Assembly (NCBI GenBank): GCA_032718475.1
Contig: JAUCBJ010006937.1
Location: 1 to 64,000 of the forward strand
Length of the DNA: 64,000 bases
DNA from: Nemertoderma westbladi
Taxonomy: Eukaryota > Animalia > Xenacoelomorpha
Reading direction: 5' to 3'
In this document: piece by piece, positions 1-13,830 of the stretch
Position numbering within the stretch: position 1 is the stretch's first letter
Layout of the letters: the number at the start of each line of letters is the position of its first letter
Notes under the pieces: generated by a model
What the model was told of the DNA's origin: nothing
The model's database searches: none
The model's input: only the letters and a program-made list of their open reading frames with translations
Position numbers and translations under genes: made by a program

Positions 1-1539
1 CTGTCCCGAACTCGAGTACGCTAAGTCACGCAATTCTAAATTTATGGTATGGTGCCAAGAACATACCACCGTTAAGTTTTGGGTTAAATTGGGTTAATTA
101 TTGTGTGGTATATTATAAACTGTTGTGCATTCTTACATCTGTCTGAAATTAATTAGTAACTATTTACCAAAGTTCCATTAAAATAGCTAAAAAAATTTAT
201 TGACACTAACGCGCTGTCCCAAATATAATATAATATAAATACAATATAAAACAAATTTTAATAGTGGGTTCCCAAAAACTTACGTCCCAAACATAGGGGA
301 CACAACCTAAATCAGCCCCAACTACACCTCAACTGATCTATAATTTATTTGTATAATGTAGTTAATGCGCTCTACTGTACTGTAGAGTACAAGTGAACAT
401 GTTCGTGGGGCCATCGCGCAGGACGAGGGTCAGTTATTAGATAAAGATTCAAATTGAGCAATTCTATCCCAAAACCAGCACTTATGAAATTAAGAAAATT
501 TAACCAAACTTTTACTTTAAAAAAAAATTTCGCATTGGCAGTTTGGCATCGATGTCATAGAAGTCCACAGTCAAATTACTTCGAATTACTAAATACTAAA
601 AATTCAAAGCATTCTTTCAATGCATTCAATGCAGGTGGCCTTGATGGCGAGTTGTTTGAGTACTGGTACAATTCCAAAACGTTACTGGGTATTGCAGTAT
701 TGGGCTGTTGTGGTACCTAGTGCAGTAGTGGATACTGGAACATGGAATAAAGGTCAGCTGGTACAACCTGACAATATGCAGTCAGTCTTAAGTCCACATA
801 ATTTCAAAACTTCCATGGCTGCATAGTTGCCTTTGCTGAGCCGATTGGTGGGTGGCACCAATGACCTGAAGACGGTACTGGTAACTCTGTACAACTGTAA
901 CAGTACTGGTACCGTACTGTAAAACATATGTTTAATAAGATTAAGGTACCATACCGGTACATGATATGGCTGAATAGTCGCGAATAACTGAATACTCTTA
1001 ACTCTGCAACCTGGAAATGGCTGTAGAAAGTGAAATAGGCCTACCACACTTTCCAAGGCCACACTATTAATTGCTGCATTGCACCAGCTAAATTTCAAAC
1101 CCACCTGATATATCCTGCAGTCTCCTAGCAACCAGCTGATGCCAAGCCTAATAATTTTTGGGTAAATAAATGTATTATAACTGCAAGACAGTTACACAGA
1201 TGCTGCATGAAGACCCCACACAAATTCAACTTGGAAAATTTCTAAATTTTTGCCAGACTACATATGTACCAAGTGTGGATATATTTTATCGAGATTTGGC
1301 TGAGTTATTAACGTTTAAAATTTGATACAACAGATCAACAGAGCAACAGAAAAACAAAACAACAGAGCAACAGACACACTGATTGAGTTAGTGGTACCTG
1401 TATGCTAAGCTCACTTACTTTAGTCGCTCGCCCCACAATACTTGTATCTATCGTACCATCTCTGCTACCAAACTCTGCTAGTGATCTTCTCAGTATATCT
1501 GCCAATTTGAATAATCAACTTTAAGTTGTATTTAACAAT

Positions 1540-2472
1540 ATGGATGATATTGTACTTCAAAACATCACATTATATGGGCCATTTAAATTAAATGAAGAAA
1601 TTGTTATAAGTATAGGAACGATATATGGGGTTATCACATTAATAACCATATTGATAAACCTCACCGCTATCATCACATATATCTCAGATAAATCTCTTCA
1701 CACAATGAATAACTACTTAATAATATCTCTTATTATTTCCGATATGTTTACCGCAATATTTGGTATGTGGCCTTCATTTCTACATAACGTATTGTTGGGG
1801 GGCCTACCCCTTGGATATCCATTCTGCTTTGTATACCGCGTAATTGACTGGACTGCAGTCATGTGCTCCAGTCTAACTGTGTTAGCAATAGCTCTCGATA
1901 GATATGCTGCAGTTCATATCGCAATATTTTATATGAACCACCAACAGTTAATTATTAAAATCCTCATATCATTTCCATGGTTAATCAGTATATCCCTGCA
2001 AGCAATTCCCATACTTTACAATTATATATCAAGTGCTGCAGAGGATTATTATGCATCCATTGAATACAATATGTGCATGGTAGGATCTGGTATAAACAAG
2101 CACTTTCAATTGGCTGTATCATTTACTTATCACATCACAATAATATTTGTTGCTGTGGTAACCACCAATCTCCTATTGTGGCTCAAAAGGCAAGCAAAAA
2201 ACAAAGGAATATCCTTCTGGGATATTATGAGGTATTCTGCTCCTTTAAAGGATGGACCAATCAGTGCTCAGGCTACATTCAATGAAACTACCCAAGATAA
2301 TCCAATCACCACTGATTCAGTTGATGTTCAAGTAACTGTACCAGTTACTAAATCTGCATCACATGATAGAGTGCTAGCGCGGAACAAGAAGATGATATTA
2401 CAATTAGTTGGAGCTGCATCTTCATTTATTTTAGCAAGCACACCCTGGGCTGTTGCGTTTACAATTGAAAAG
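1540..2472 (+). CDS. Class A (rhodopsin-family) GPCR, aminergic-like, coding exon 1 (TM1-TM6)
   Basis: Hydrophobic helices; TM2 LIISD, TM3 VIDW...IALDRY (TM3 Asp plus DRY), TM4 W..P, TM6 FILASTPW. Ends at AAG|GTAAAT donor, phase 0. Confidence 0.92.
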
Positions 2473-2789
2473 GTAAATTAATAAAGTACTCATCATCTAA
2501 TCCAAAATAAACTACAAAATATTAATCCGAACTTAGAATGATTAAATAACAAATGTGTTGAATGTTAGGGGACTATTACCCTAAATATATTTTTTTTATT
2601 TATAAACTACTACTATTCTGAAACTTTAACGTAATGATCTGTTATCTTTTACTATGAAAACTGAGTATGGATAACTTCGTTAACCCGTTTGTTCGAAAAA
2701 TATGGCACATTTTGTGCAGGTCGGATTTTTTCAAAAGCTTTGTAAATTTTTGAGGCATTTATATGTAAAATATATCATATTTAAGGATC

Positions 2790-3990
2790 TGTAATGCTGA
2801 TCCACTCCATCAGTAGCTGTTTGTAGATTGTGGTAGAAATTTTCCACCTCCTCTACAGGGGCAACATTAGTTGGAGAATAGCACACAATCAGAATCACCT
2901 AAGAAAACTTCTTAGTCAGACTTATGGAACATTGGAAGTGGCAATGGATGATGTGGTTAGAGATTTGGTATATTTTGTCCAATGCTGCATGTACAGTTGG
3001 ATTCATTAACAGACCAAGTCCGCCATTGCCCCTATCATCTGAGATGCATGGGTGAGTCGCCAACTGCCCCCATGTCCTTAATCAGAACCTCACCAGTCTG
3101 TCCAGTCTGCATTTGGTGCTCTTGAATACCCATGCGCTAAGAGAAAGCTTATCTGCCAAGGCAGTCAGCTCACCTCTGTTGCCTTGGGGTGTTAGTGTTA
3201 ACTGAGGCTAGTCTAGTGACTTGCCTCAGATTCACCAATGGCTTGGTTGGTGGGATAGAACATGAGAGTAGCCTCCAACTCCAGAATCCCTCTCCCCCTC
3301 ACAATCTGGCCTCCCTGTTGACCCAGGGTTTGGGCCAGAAAGGTCATCAGGAAAGGGACTCAAAGAATTGTTGGCTTCTCTCTCTCCAGTAGGGGGTGAG
3401 ATAGGCAACCAGTCAGGAGATAACTGACGCCTTTGAGGCCGATTGTGTCCGGTAATTCCACTGGTCTCTAGTGGCCGGACCTCCGCATTACTAATGCAAT
3501 CCATAGTGGGGGGTTGGGGGGTGCTTTTTTGCCGAGTCAGCTCTCGGGGCAAATACCACACCCTGGTTTCCCGTTCCACAGGGTGGGTGTCGCAATGGAG
3601 TCAGATATGAGGCCCATCACCCATATCTACTCTGGCGCACATTACCCACCATTGGCTATGCAGCTCATCTGCTGGGTTATGCCCTGTACCCTTGCTGCCA
3701 GGTGCAGGTCGCCGTGAAGTGCTCTCAGAGTGGACATGAGAACACTCTACTCCTGACCAGCCATTGGTAGATCACCATCTGCCTGGCCAGGCCATATACC
3801 CCTGCAACCAGGAATATGGGTCCTTAATCCAGGACCAAGGGTGTCCTTATCCCAGAACGAAGGAGGTCCTAGTTACAGGACCAGATTTTCCCTAGTAAGA
3901 GGGTCTATTCAGCCACAGCTGGTACCTCCTTTATGCTGCATGGAATTTGCAAGTTCTCTTGGTGAATGACCTAAGAATACCTGACCTGAC
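2790..3990 (-). mobile_element. Decayed RTE-like LINE fragment (APE endonuclease start plus probable 5' UTR)
   Basis: About 2793-3110 is the reverse complement of about 62755-63075 (endonuclease ORF). The GC-richer, hairpin-rich extension to about 3990 is inferred; ends are approximate. Confidence 0.65.
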
Positions 3991-4199
3991 CAGGTAGGGC
4001 ATAACTCATGCTGAAATATGACTGTACCACTGTACCAGCACTGAAGTATTCAGAAATTGTTGTATTGAATTAACCTATGTAAATTTATTAAATATTAAAT
4101 GTTGAGAGACCGTGCTCTCTACATTGGTGACACAGGCTTTTGCGAATGGATTTTGCGTAATGACCAATGGCTAACGATCTCAATGTAGTCGATATCAAA

Positions 4200-5610
4200 C
4201 TGCTTCTGTTCTAGACAGAGAACACATCCATCTTGTTCAATCATGTGGAGGCAAAGATCCACATCCGGAGGATTGTCGATGACTCGACAAAGTACTACCA
4301 GGTTGTCGCCTCTCTCAACCAGCCGATTGCCGCTTGTTTCCTTGATACACCCACCACTCCACCTACCGACGGGAAGTATGAGGGATTGACTCCAACCAGA
4401 CACTATATAGCATTGGAGGTGTCTCATTGGTTCCGCCAAGCTTGACACTAGAATAAAATCGCCTCCGCTTTGCAGGACATTACTTTTGCCGTGAGGACCA
4501 GCCAGTGCATAATCTTGTACTTTGGCAGCCTCATGGAGTGAATAAGCATGGTGGACAGCCCATGACTTTCTTGAGACACATCTTAAAGGACACTGGCCTT
4601 GAAGATGCAGATGATCTAGCAAATGTCATGGGTGATTGGGGAGTTGTGGTGGAGCAATTTTGTCGACAAGCCGGCATAGCATTCTTAAAAATGCAGCTGC
4701 AAAGCAGCATGCCGATCCTAGTAGGGACTGTAGGTGAGGCTCCTCGGGACATTTACTCTGAGTCAGCGGGAGGTGCTGCGAGACTCTTCCATATGCTCCG
4801 GCCACCACTTCCTTGTGGACACTGGCGACCAGGTGGGTGTATTCCCCACCAGCAGATTCGATGCCCATTCAGGATGTACTGGGCCACCACTCCCTGCCAT
4901 CAATGGATCATTGATTCGTTCCTACGGGACCTGTTCTATCCCTCTGTGGTTCAATGACCAGCAGACCCACTGGGACTTCGTGATCGCAGACTTCCCCTAA
5001 CCATTGCTTGGGGCTGACATCCTAATTCCCTGATGGTGGATGTAAAGGGGCAGCAACTCATCGTCATGGAAACTTTCCAATCAATCCCCCTCCTCCTCCA
5101 CCATCCCGGGAACACATCATTACCTCGCATCGACCTCTGTGGACTGAGTTTTACTCCGACCTTCTTGTGGAATTCTCTGCCATCACGATGCCAACCTTGT
5201 CGGACTCGTCCACTTGCCATGGCATAGAGCATTACATTCCATCCACTAGTCCTCCCATCCACACCCACACCTGTCGAATTCCTCTCGATAAACTCGAGAT
5301 CGTGCATGAGGACTTCCGCAAGATAGAGGAGATGGGGAATATTCGCCATTCGAATAGCCCCTCGTCTTCTCCCCTCCATAGGGCGCCCAAACCGAATGGT
5401 GGTTGGCTGCCTTGTAGTGACTACCGGCTCCTCAACAACGTGACCACCCCTGATTTGTACCCTGTCCCACACATACAGGACTTTTCGATGCAAGTCGCTA
5501 GGGCCACGATCTTCTCTAAGGTTGACCTGGTCCGGGACAACCAAAGATCCCCATGGTTCTCGAGGACATTCCAAAGATCCCCATGGTTCTCGAGGACATT
5601 CCAAAGACCA
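4200..5610 (+). mobile_element. Degenerate Ty3/Gypsy gag-protease-RT fragment
   Basis: Gag FNHVEAK..RRIVDDSTKYYQVVASL; protease FLVDTG; RT SSPLH..PKPNGGW.PC.DYR.LNNVT.PD.YPVPHIQD..IFSKVDL. Frameshifted; truncated at a 30-bp tandem duplication (about 5541-5608). Confidence 0.85.
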
Positions 5611-5964
5611 CCGCCATCACTCCATCCAGCCTCAACGAATTCCTCTTTCAAATATATCCATATCCATATGTTTTATAAAACCAATACTCACGATTGTAGT
5701 CCTAAAGCTGGTGAATATTTTGGTATAGGTTTGATGACATTTGAGTAAAAAATAAAAAAAAATTGTATGGAATTTAGTGATGGAAATGTCAAAATCAATA
5801 AACTGAGAAAAAGGTTGATTTATACATGAATATCAGCGAGTCATGAAGAGTCATGAATATCAGCCATAAATACTGTTGCAGAAAAGTGTAGTTTCGTGGT
5901 CAAAAAATCATTCAATGGTAAAATCCAATGTCACCACATGTAAGCAGATAGTTATCAAACCCGA

Positions 5965-6516
5965 TTTTGCTGCCAATGCTAACTGTATACTGAAATCTTA
6001 TATTTTCATCGGATTATTATTCGGTTTCAGTGCATGTAATATTTGTGCTTCATATGTATTGAATAGCCCATAATGTTCTTTATATTGTTGCCTAACAACA
6101 GTTGTGGTATTACTGAACTCTCATTGGTAACTATCGAAACCGGTATTCTTGCGTCTTATTGGCTGTTCCATTTCGTTAAGCATTGTTGTATTCATAAATA
6201 ACTGTTGTCAGCCTCGATACAATAGGCTTAACTTGATATTATTTCAAGTACTCTACATCGATTGTATAGCCCTGCGAGCCACGTTAGTTACAGTGGCCCG
6301 CAATATTTTACCTAATCGCTTGTACTAATCACTAATCATTTGCAATTTACAACTTATGTTTGCATTTACTAATATTGCATTACTTGTTGATGGCCCCACA
6401 CTTTCGTGAGTGTTCCTGCTATGCGGCAGGTATCCCGAGGCATTGATAACACTCATAAGAACTACATAACAGCTCGCTAGGCATTTTCAGGTAAGCCTCC
6501 CATAAACGCCCCGACA
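5965..6516 (+). repeat. Element 1 5' LTR (about 435-bp internal deletion)
   Basis: Matches 55721-56147 and about 56585-56707; about 19 substitutions in the first 425 bp by eye; termini TTTTG...CGACA. Confidence 0.88.
6301..6311 (+). promoter_or_regulatory. Element 1 anti-PBS (candidate self-primer) CAATATTTTAC
   Basis: Exact reverse complement of 6517-6527; also at 56057-56067 in the 3' LTR. Confidence 0.7.
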
Positions 6517-6527
6517 GTAAAATATTG
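6517..6527 (+). promoter_or_regulatory. Element 1 non-tRNA primer-binding site GTAAAATATTG
   Basis: Abuts the 5' LTR end, does not start with TGG, complementary to 6301-6311, resembles element 2 GTAGGAATATG. Confidence 0.7.
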
Positions 6528-6765
6528 GTTTCCAAACACTATCCCTAAGACAGTGTCCCCCCCCCCCCTCCCCCCTAAAATTAGATACATTAACATCTCG
6601 AACATCAAGTATGCTGTGGTAGTGGACTGATGGATTATTTCACTATAAGATAGCATTTGTAGTTTAACGTAAAAACTTTCTAAAATCCGACGCATTTTGA
6701 TTAAATTACAGTAATGTAATATGCCTATTCATATTGGTACATATAAAACCCATAGGTAATCTAAT

Positions 6766-6849
6766 GGCGCATTGGTCAGATGGATAAGGCGTTGGTTACA
6801 TTACAGATAGGTTACGAGTTCGAATCCCAGTCGGGAAATTTGCATTTTT
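6766..6849 (+). promoter_or_regulatory. tRNA-derived Pol III module (A box, B box, T5) inside element 1
   Basis: TGGTCAGATGG at 6773, GAGTTCGAATCC at 6816-6827, TTTTT at 6845-6849; cloverleaf stems do not pair. Confidence 0.75.
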
Positions 6850-6884
6850 GGGCAATTTATTTTCATTTGATATAATTTGATAAA

Positions 6885-7022
6885 CCAATGAGGTGCGTAC
6901 AACACATGGAACGATGAGTTGGGCCAATCATAGGGCATGGAACATCTTATTGCTCCAATGTGAGGCCATGGAATGCTCTGGAAGGTTCTAGCGGATTCTA
7001 TGTCCCAGATTTAATATATAAG
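6885..7022 (+). promoter_or_regulatory. Internal Pol II promoter: three CCAAT boxes plus TATA
   Basis: CCAAT at 6885, 6924, 6955; TATATAAG at 7015-7022; same layout as the element 2 LTR. Confidence 0.7.
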
Positions 7023-10000
7023 GGCTGGTTTGGGGCTGGTTTAAGGGCTTGGTTATCACCTTCATTAGTTACTTACTCTTGTTATTTCTAATAACACTCT
7101 CACTAGTTATATTTGTCAGTTTCTTGTTGAAACTTATTAGTAAATCTGTTTGATAAATCTTTGTAAACTGTAAATATACTGTAAATTTCTGAACATGTAT
7201 ATTTCCAAACGTCCACCATTGGGACAGCTAAGCATTGGGAAGATGGCCGCCTAGACCGTTAGGCCGTCAGCAACGCAGGGAAAGATGTCCACAACACGCT
7301 AGCGCCCACATTAGATTTAGACCGCGCACCCCCTTCGCCCTTCGAAATACTCCACCTTGCCATGCAGCGCTAGATTTCCGAGGAAGGTAAGACTTTGTTT
7401 GACGCCCTTGCCCGACGTAAGACCTATAGATCAGGGTATGCGTGACGCCGTCATGGGACGCCGCAAAATTTAGGATCAAATAGTTAGATTCAGACAGAAC
7501 CCCCGTATTACAAATCCCTGGGTTAACCTGTATCTCTTACAGGTGTGAACTATTGCCGTTCGTCAGTACGCGAGTACATATTAGGTACAGACAGCATATG
7601 TTCCATAATTTAGTGATTCGTAATACTGACAGTTACTCCCATTTCCTTTACAGGGCGTTTCTAATTTGTCGCAAATAAAGCCACCCAGCGGGAGCAAAAA
7701 ACATTGTATCCCCAACAACAGTCAAATTATTTATTCTCTAGGTGGCGCAAATAGAAAATACCACTAATGATTAATTCTTTGCTTTACAGAAATAATACTT
7801 AGTTAAAATCTATTTGTGGCTACTATACCTAGTTTGTGTAAAGATTATATTGACTTAATATCATGATCAATCAAGATCAGATACTGAGACCGAGCCATCT
7901 GCTCGACGTCCACCACCTATAATTGTCCCTATTTCTGAAATTCTTCCTACGATTAACCCAGTTGCGCCACCCATCCCTAGTAAGAAATCTTGGGACAGGT
8001 CCCGTATAAGAACTAGGCAGTTTACTGGAGGGATTGTGAATAACCCCAACATAGAACCACTCACAACTGACCCTGTACAAGTTGGAGTAATTTCACCATC
8101 ACTGTTAGTTATGAACACATCCCCCATTATTTTCTCCCCCTCACCTAACAGCAATGAGGAATTGCATCCTCTGGGCAACAGTACCTTTTCTCAGAACTTT
8201 GCGGACAAGACCGTCCCTGTCCACCCACAGGCTAGACTAGCTCGCCTGTTGGAGGAGATTGACAGCTACCAGGAAAGAATAACAACTGGAGCTGTAGCTG
8301 ATGAACAGGAAGACTATGGGGAGGAATTGCACCATCTAATAAACTTACATTATAACCACCTGGAGCTTCATAGGTTCTTCCGGTTTAATGACATGGCGTG
8401 GGCAGACTTATATAAGCTAAAGGTTGCCCAAGTCCCATGTAGCATGGGAGAACTATCTGCATTGGTCTATGATCAAGTGAACGAATTTAATCAGCGCATA
8501 GGAATCCTTACACATCAGTTTCAGACCTTACGTACAGCCTGACCCTAGAACTAACCCAGCTGCATACTTTAAAGTCAAGGAACTAGTCTGCAGGATTCGT
8601 CTAGTATTGTCCGCCTTCTGGGAAGTGTCTAGTAGACATCATGATGCTGAATTAGCTGCCATATTTGGCAGGCAGTTAGCAGAAGTAGCTGTGATAGCTG
8701 GGAAGGCACTTGCCCTTGAAAAGCTTCATGGGCCAACCATTCCCCCGGGTGTCTATGTGGCTTGTTCCGGTACAGTAGCACCGCGAGACATGCGCACAGA
8801 CTCGGAAGATTCCGACGAGGGTGAAGGCATAGATGCCATATCACAACACCTACAGCATTACATAGCTATAGTAGGAGAGGCTGAACTACGCAGGAGGTTA
8901 AAGGGTTTAGCCCCTTCTAGTCCTGAATCAATGGCAGTTCTAGAAGGAATAGAGGCCGAGCGTGACATGCAAGCACAGGAAGAAGAACATGCAGCTGATA
9001 AGGAAATATTAGAAATGGAATTACAATTGGACACTAGTCAGCGACGTAATAAACTACAGTTGGAACTAGCTGAGCAAAAGTCGGAACTAGCTCTGGAAGC
9101 AGCTGAGCAATTAATAGAAGCAGTTAAAGAAACAGCTAGATTACAGTTGGAAGCTGACCAGCATGAATTAGCTTTGCGAGACCTAGGTTCAAACCGAGGA
9201 CAAGATAGACCGAACAGAGGGACTTTTGCTTCGTCGGATGAAGGAAACTCCACCGACGCTAGTGAAGGTGGTAGCTACTCTCGGGGCAGACGAAAGAGAG
9301 CTGTTAGAGTGGCACTGCCGGACCTGCCCCCATATAATAGAGACAGGATACCCCAGAACCGACTGATTTAAACCACCCGAGATCGCTGGATTCGGGCCCC
9401 CCCCTGGGTTGGTTACAGGAGGAAGACGAATCGAATGATCCTGGGTTCAAGATCTATATAGATCCACGGGAATGGAAGCCATCCCAGATGGTAGCACCCC
9501 CATCGTGTAGTGTATCAGCCGAGCTGATTGACCCAGTAGTAGTCCCCCACTCAACTACAGTGGCAACCCCTTACCGTAATAGAGATATTATACCACCAAT
9601 AGGCCCCATCTCAAACCATATTCCTCATATGGGTTGCCCAGAACCCCCCAAGCCTAATTACCTGTCTAGCACTTTAGGTAAGACAAGGGATGAGAGGGTG
9701 TCATTCAACAACGATATATCCCCAATAACCAAAGCGGAGATAAATCTTTGCTCAACCATTTATTACAGCCAGCAAAACCTACCGGATGGCAGGCACCTGG
9801 CTCCCGGATCAACCCACTTGGCCGCGAATGCACCAGTGATAGTGGGGACCCAGCATCCGGGGCCAGGAATGCCGTTGTCATCCGGCGGAAGAGCGTCAGT
9901 CCCAAATAACGGGCAGGGAAGGACTTACCCCAAGGGTGGTGTCAGGTTTGCTCCAGATGCTCCCATTGAGGTGTTTCCCCAAGGTGACCTTATTACACAC

Positions 10001-11073
10001 CTACAGAGGCCTATGCACCCCCGTTAGACCCCAACCTACATAGCACTCACAGTCGTATGCCAGAAGTCAGACAACCCAGACCCCTGGACAACGACGACTC
10101 ACGAGAAATCATTGATTCTTTGTTGCAAAGAAATTATTCTTTGTTACAAAAGAATGATTCTTTGTTACACAGAAATGATTCCTTGTCTCATGAAAACGAG
10201 TCTCTAGCATTAACCCTATTAAACCCGGGGGGGGGGGGGGTCAATATGACCCCTCCCGTGGTTTTTTTATTAAAATTCTGAAACAAACGCAGTTGGGAAT
10301 CTGAAATTTTATGACTTTTCCTAAAAATCTATTGTCTTCCTAGTAGTGAAAACCGTTTTCAAAAATATTGGGTACTTTTCGAGTTATAGCAACATTTTTT
10401 AACCCAACTTTTGGCACTTTTTTTTGAGACGTTTTTTGAAAATTACATTTCATTAAATATGAATTGTAACATCTCTATTTTTTATTTACACCGGTTTTTT
10501 GGTGTTAGAAATTGGATGAAATTCATATAAATTGATTTAGAAATTTCAAACTTGTTTTTTTCGGTGGGTGCCAAATTTTGGTGCCAGCACCAAATTTTGA
10601 AATATGTCAATTTTGTAAATTGATTGTTTAAAACTTGTTTTTTACACAATTGGGTTTTTTTGGGGTTCTGGATTCGATGAAATATATACGAGTTGCACCA
10701 AGCGTATCAAACTCGTATTTTTCGGTGCTGTGTGCAAATTTTGGTGCTAGCACGAAATTTTGAAAATCCATTCAATAGATAAAATTGCTTGTGACAATTT
10801 ATTTCTTGCGTTTTAGAGGTTTATGGCTGCTCTGAATTCAATGGAATATATAATTATCGAACTAGACATCTCAAACTTGTATTTTTCGGATGTGGGTGCA
10901 AAATGTGGTGCTAGCACCAAATTTTGAAAACCATCAAATATATCAATTGATTGTGTCACCTTGTTTCTTGCGTTATACGGGTTTGTGATGGTTCTGAATT
11001 CAACGGAATCAGTAAAAATTTCATAAGAGTTCTCAAACTTGTATTTTTCGCCGGTGGGTGAAAATTGTTGTGC

Positions 11074-12868
11074 TATCCACGCGTCCCCGCCGTGTGTGAA
11101 AGGTAAAAGAGTTCTGGTGTTCGGTTATATGTATAAGGTATAATAGTCTGAGATTGGTAATATGTATAGTATGGCACAGTTACCGGTAGATAAGTATGTA
11201 TGATGGCGGTAGCGGACGGTGACAGAAGTCCCCGTTCCACCCTACTGATCTGACTGAGTAAACTGAATGATATGATTACAGGTTACTGGTTATATTGCAC
11301 GGTGGCCTTATTGCTACTCAATCGATGCCTTTCCCCCCTCTGATTGGTTGATATCCCTGTTGGCACCCTTTGGAGTGTTTCCCTTCACTCCCTGTGTTCT
11401 CTCTCGGTTAGGGGTTTGGCCCCTGACCCTCTATTGTGTGCTTCCTTCCCACTCTTATTGGGATGGCACGAGTTGGTTAATTGCCCAATCTCGTGGCTCC
11501 CAATATTGCTTAATGGCTCACTCTATGGGTTTGTGTTAGCGGAATTGGATAAGCTACCACTCCCCCCCATGCTATCTTCCCGGTAAGAAGATAGCATCCA
11601 ACTAAAGTGCGCTACAATTCCGCTGGAACTCGATCTATTATCGGGTGTGGGGTGGGGTTATTTTCTTGGAGTCGGCTTTCCAGGCCGCTCCCTATGGGTA
11701 TGATGTCACTACCCTCTGGCGTCTCGTGTCGGGCCGATCGTGCGCTTCTCTCACACAATTTTTGTTTCCCCAACACTCTCGCCACTCTAACTTCGCTCTC
11801 TAACTCAACTCGCTCTCTCCCCACTCTTACACTCTCCCCACACCTGAATCGCACTCTAACTTCTCGCCAACAGCTCTTCTCACTATCTCCTCTCTACTCT
11901 CTGCCACTCCCTAAGGCCCTAATCTCTAATGCTACCCCTGTGCTATCATACTATCTACCTTATCTAAGGTCTAACTTGCTAACTATCTAACTTCTCTAAC
12001 TCTAACTAACTCCTAACTCTACTAACTCTACTCTACTCTCTGCTAACTCTTACTACTTCTAGCTCTAACTAAAAGCCTCTAACTTTCTACTAACTCTAAC
12101 TAGAACTCTCTAACTTTCTGCTAAGTCTACTAACTCTTTTCTAACTCTGACTAAAATCCTCCAACTAACTCTATCTCTATCTACGTGGCGCTAACGGTGC
12201 CCACAACCACAACCGGTACTACATACCCTCTTACTAACTCTATCTCTATCTACGTGGCGCTAACGGTGCCCACAACCACAACCGGTACTACGTACCCTCT
12301 TACTAACTCTACCTCCATCTACGTGGCGCTAACGGTGCCCACAACCTCAACCGGTACTACGTACCCTCTTACTAACTCTACCTCCATCTACGTGGCGCTA
12401 ACGGTGCCCACAACCACAACCGGTACTACGTACCCTCTTACTAACTCTACCTCCATCTACGTGGCGCTAACGGTGCCCACAACCACTCTACTACTGCTTC
12501 TACTCTGCTACTATCTTTCTAACTCTACTAACTCTCTACTATCTCTAACTCTACTAGCTGGCACCCTATGTGCCCGTCTCTACCACTCTACTCTATCTAC
12601 ATCTCCACCTCCACTAATACCTCTATCTACGTGGCGCTTGCGGTGCCCACAACCACTCTCTGCTACTACTTTCTACGTGGCGCTTCCGGTGCCCACAAAC
12701 CCTCTCTTACTACTTTCTACGTGGCGCTTCCGGTGCCCACAACCACTCTCTTACTACTACTTTCTACGTGGCGCTTCCGGTGCCCACAACCCCTCTCTTA
12801 TTACTTTCTACGTGGCGCTTCCGGTGCCCACAACCCCTCTCTTACTACTTGTGGCATGACAATATGCC
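11074..12868 (-). mobile_element. Fragment of another LTR element (truncated LTR 11074-11616 plus repeat-rich internal sequence), inserted without TSD
   Basis: Shares blocks (ACTGAGTAAACTGA, GGAGTGTT, GCGGAATTG, terminal TACA) with the solo LTR 58291-58890; absent from the other MITE copies. Strand is inferred. Confidence 0.55.
12168..12850. repeat. Minisatellite: 69-bp units then 44-47-bp units, ten copies of core CTACGTGGCGCTnnCGGTGCCCACAA
   Basis: Cores at 12181, 12250, 12319, 12388, 12457, then about 12627, 12673, 12717, 12764, 12808. Confidence 0.95.
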
Positions 12869-13830
12869 ACCAAATTTTGGAAAATATGCAAATTGATCAG
12901 TAGATAGTATCAGCTTGTTTCTTGCGTTATACGGGTTTATGAGGGTCCTGAATCCGATGGAATCAATAAAAAGAGCACTGGACATCGCAAACTTGTACTT
13001 TTTGGTGATGGGTACGAAATTTGGTGCTAGCACCAAAATTTGCCAAATTGCGCCGAAAAATACAAGTATCAATGAACTGGCATATTAGAAATGTATTCCA
13101 TTAGAATCAGCGCCCTCGAAAACCTGAAAATGTGAATTTATAGCATCGTATAAGTGAATTAAAAATTTTGTGTTCTAACTGAAAAGTGCTGGTTACTTGT
13201 TTTTTTCAATTTTTCCTACGCAGAGAGGACTAAACAGCCATTTATAGTAATCATATCATTTTTAAATATTTTCCAATGTATTTTGCACCCCAGAAAACCT
13301 GTATTGAAAAATAATTAGCCGAAAATGTAACTTTCAAATTTTGTGAAAATTGTGCACTACTTGTAATTTTGGTGCTGCAATATAACCACCCTAGAACATT
13401 TTTTCGAAATTTTTTTTTTTCGGTCGGATCCAGACAAGTGATACCTACGTACAAACAAAAAATCAGACGTTTTCGTAAGTATTTGTAGATTTTAGAGGGA
13501 GGTGTCAATATGACCCCCCCCCCCCCCCCCCCCGGTATTTGTACAACATTTTATAGCCCGGTACTAATAGGGTTAAGGACTGATAACTTAGAACAACAAA
13601 TAGCTTAATGCAAGACCATATCACAATAATAAATAGAAAAGCGGACCCACAAGCAGCGTCACAGAGCGTGAAAATCCTGAAACGTGCCTCAGATATGAGT
13701 GGCATCCATGCCGAAAACACAGCATATCAGAACGACCAAAGCTCGCATTTAACAGAAATTATGTTAAATTCGTCGGCAGTACAAGCTGACTTAACCAGAC
13801 ATATGGCTAGGAACTGACTATTGACTATAA

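Larger units (their letters stand above)
10214..13572 (+). mobile_element. piggyBac-type non-autonomous element, copy A (carries insert 11074-12868)
   Basis: TTAA|CCCTATTA...TAATAGGG|TTAA; removal rejoins gag (..ENESLAL-RTDNLEQQI..). Confidence 0.88.

Noticed and set aside
454-1440. Short upstream ORFs and a possible Helentron-like non-autonomous repeat
   Set aside because: No recognisable domains; repeat ends and TSD could not be defined from this window.
1540-2481. Truncated 6-TM GPCR pseudogene as in the ORF track
   Set aside because: A donor at 2473 and a matching TM7 exon at 61797 complete the protein.
6526-6533. TGGTTTCC as a tRNA PBS, or one primed by the element's own tRNA-like RNA
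   Set aside because: It is 9 nt from the LTR, matches only 8 nt and has no counterpart after the element 2 LTR; the LTR-complement model fits both elements.
12185-12903. Mucin-like Thr-rich ORFs
   Set aside because: By-products of the minisatellite, with non-ATG starts.
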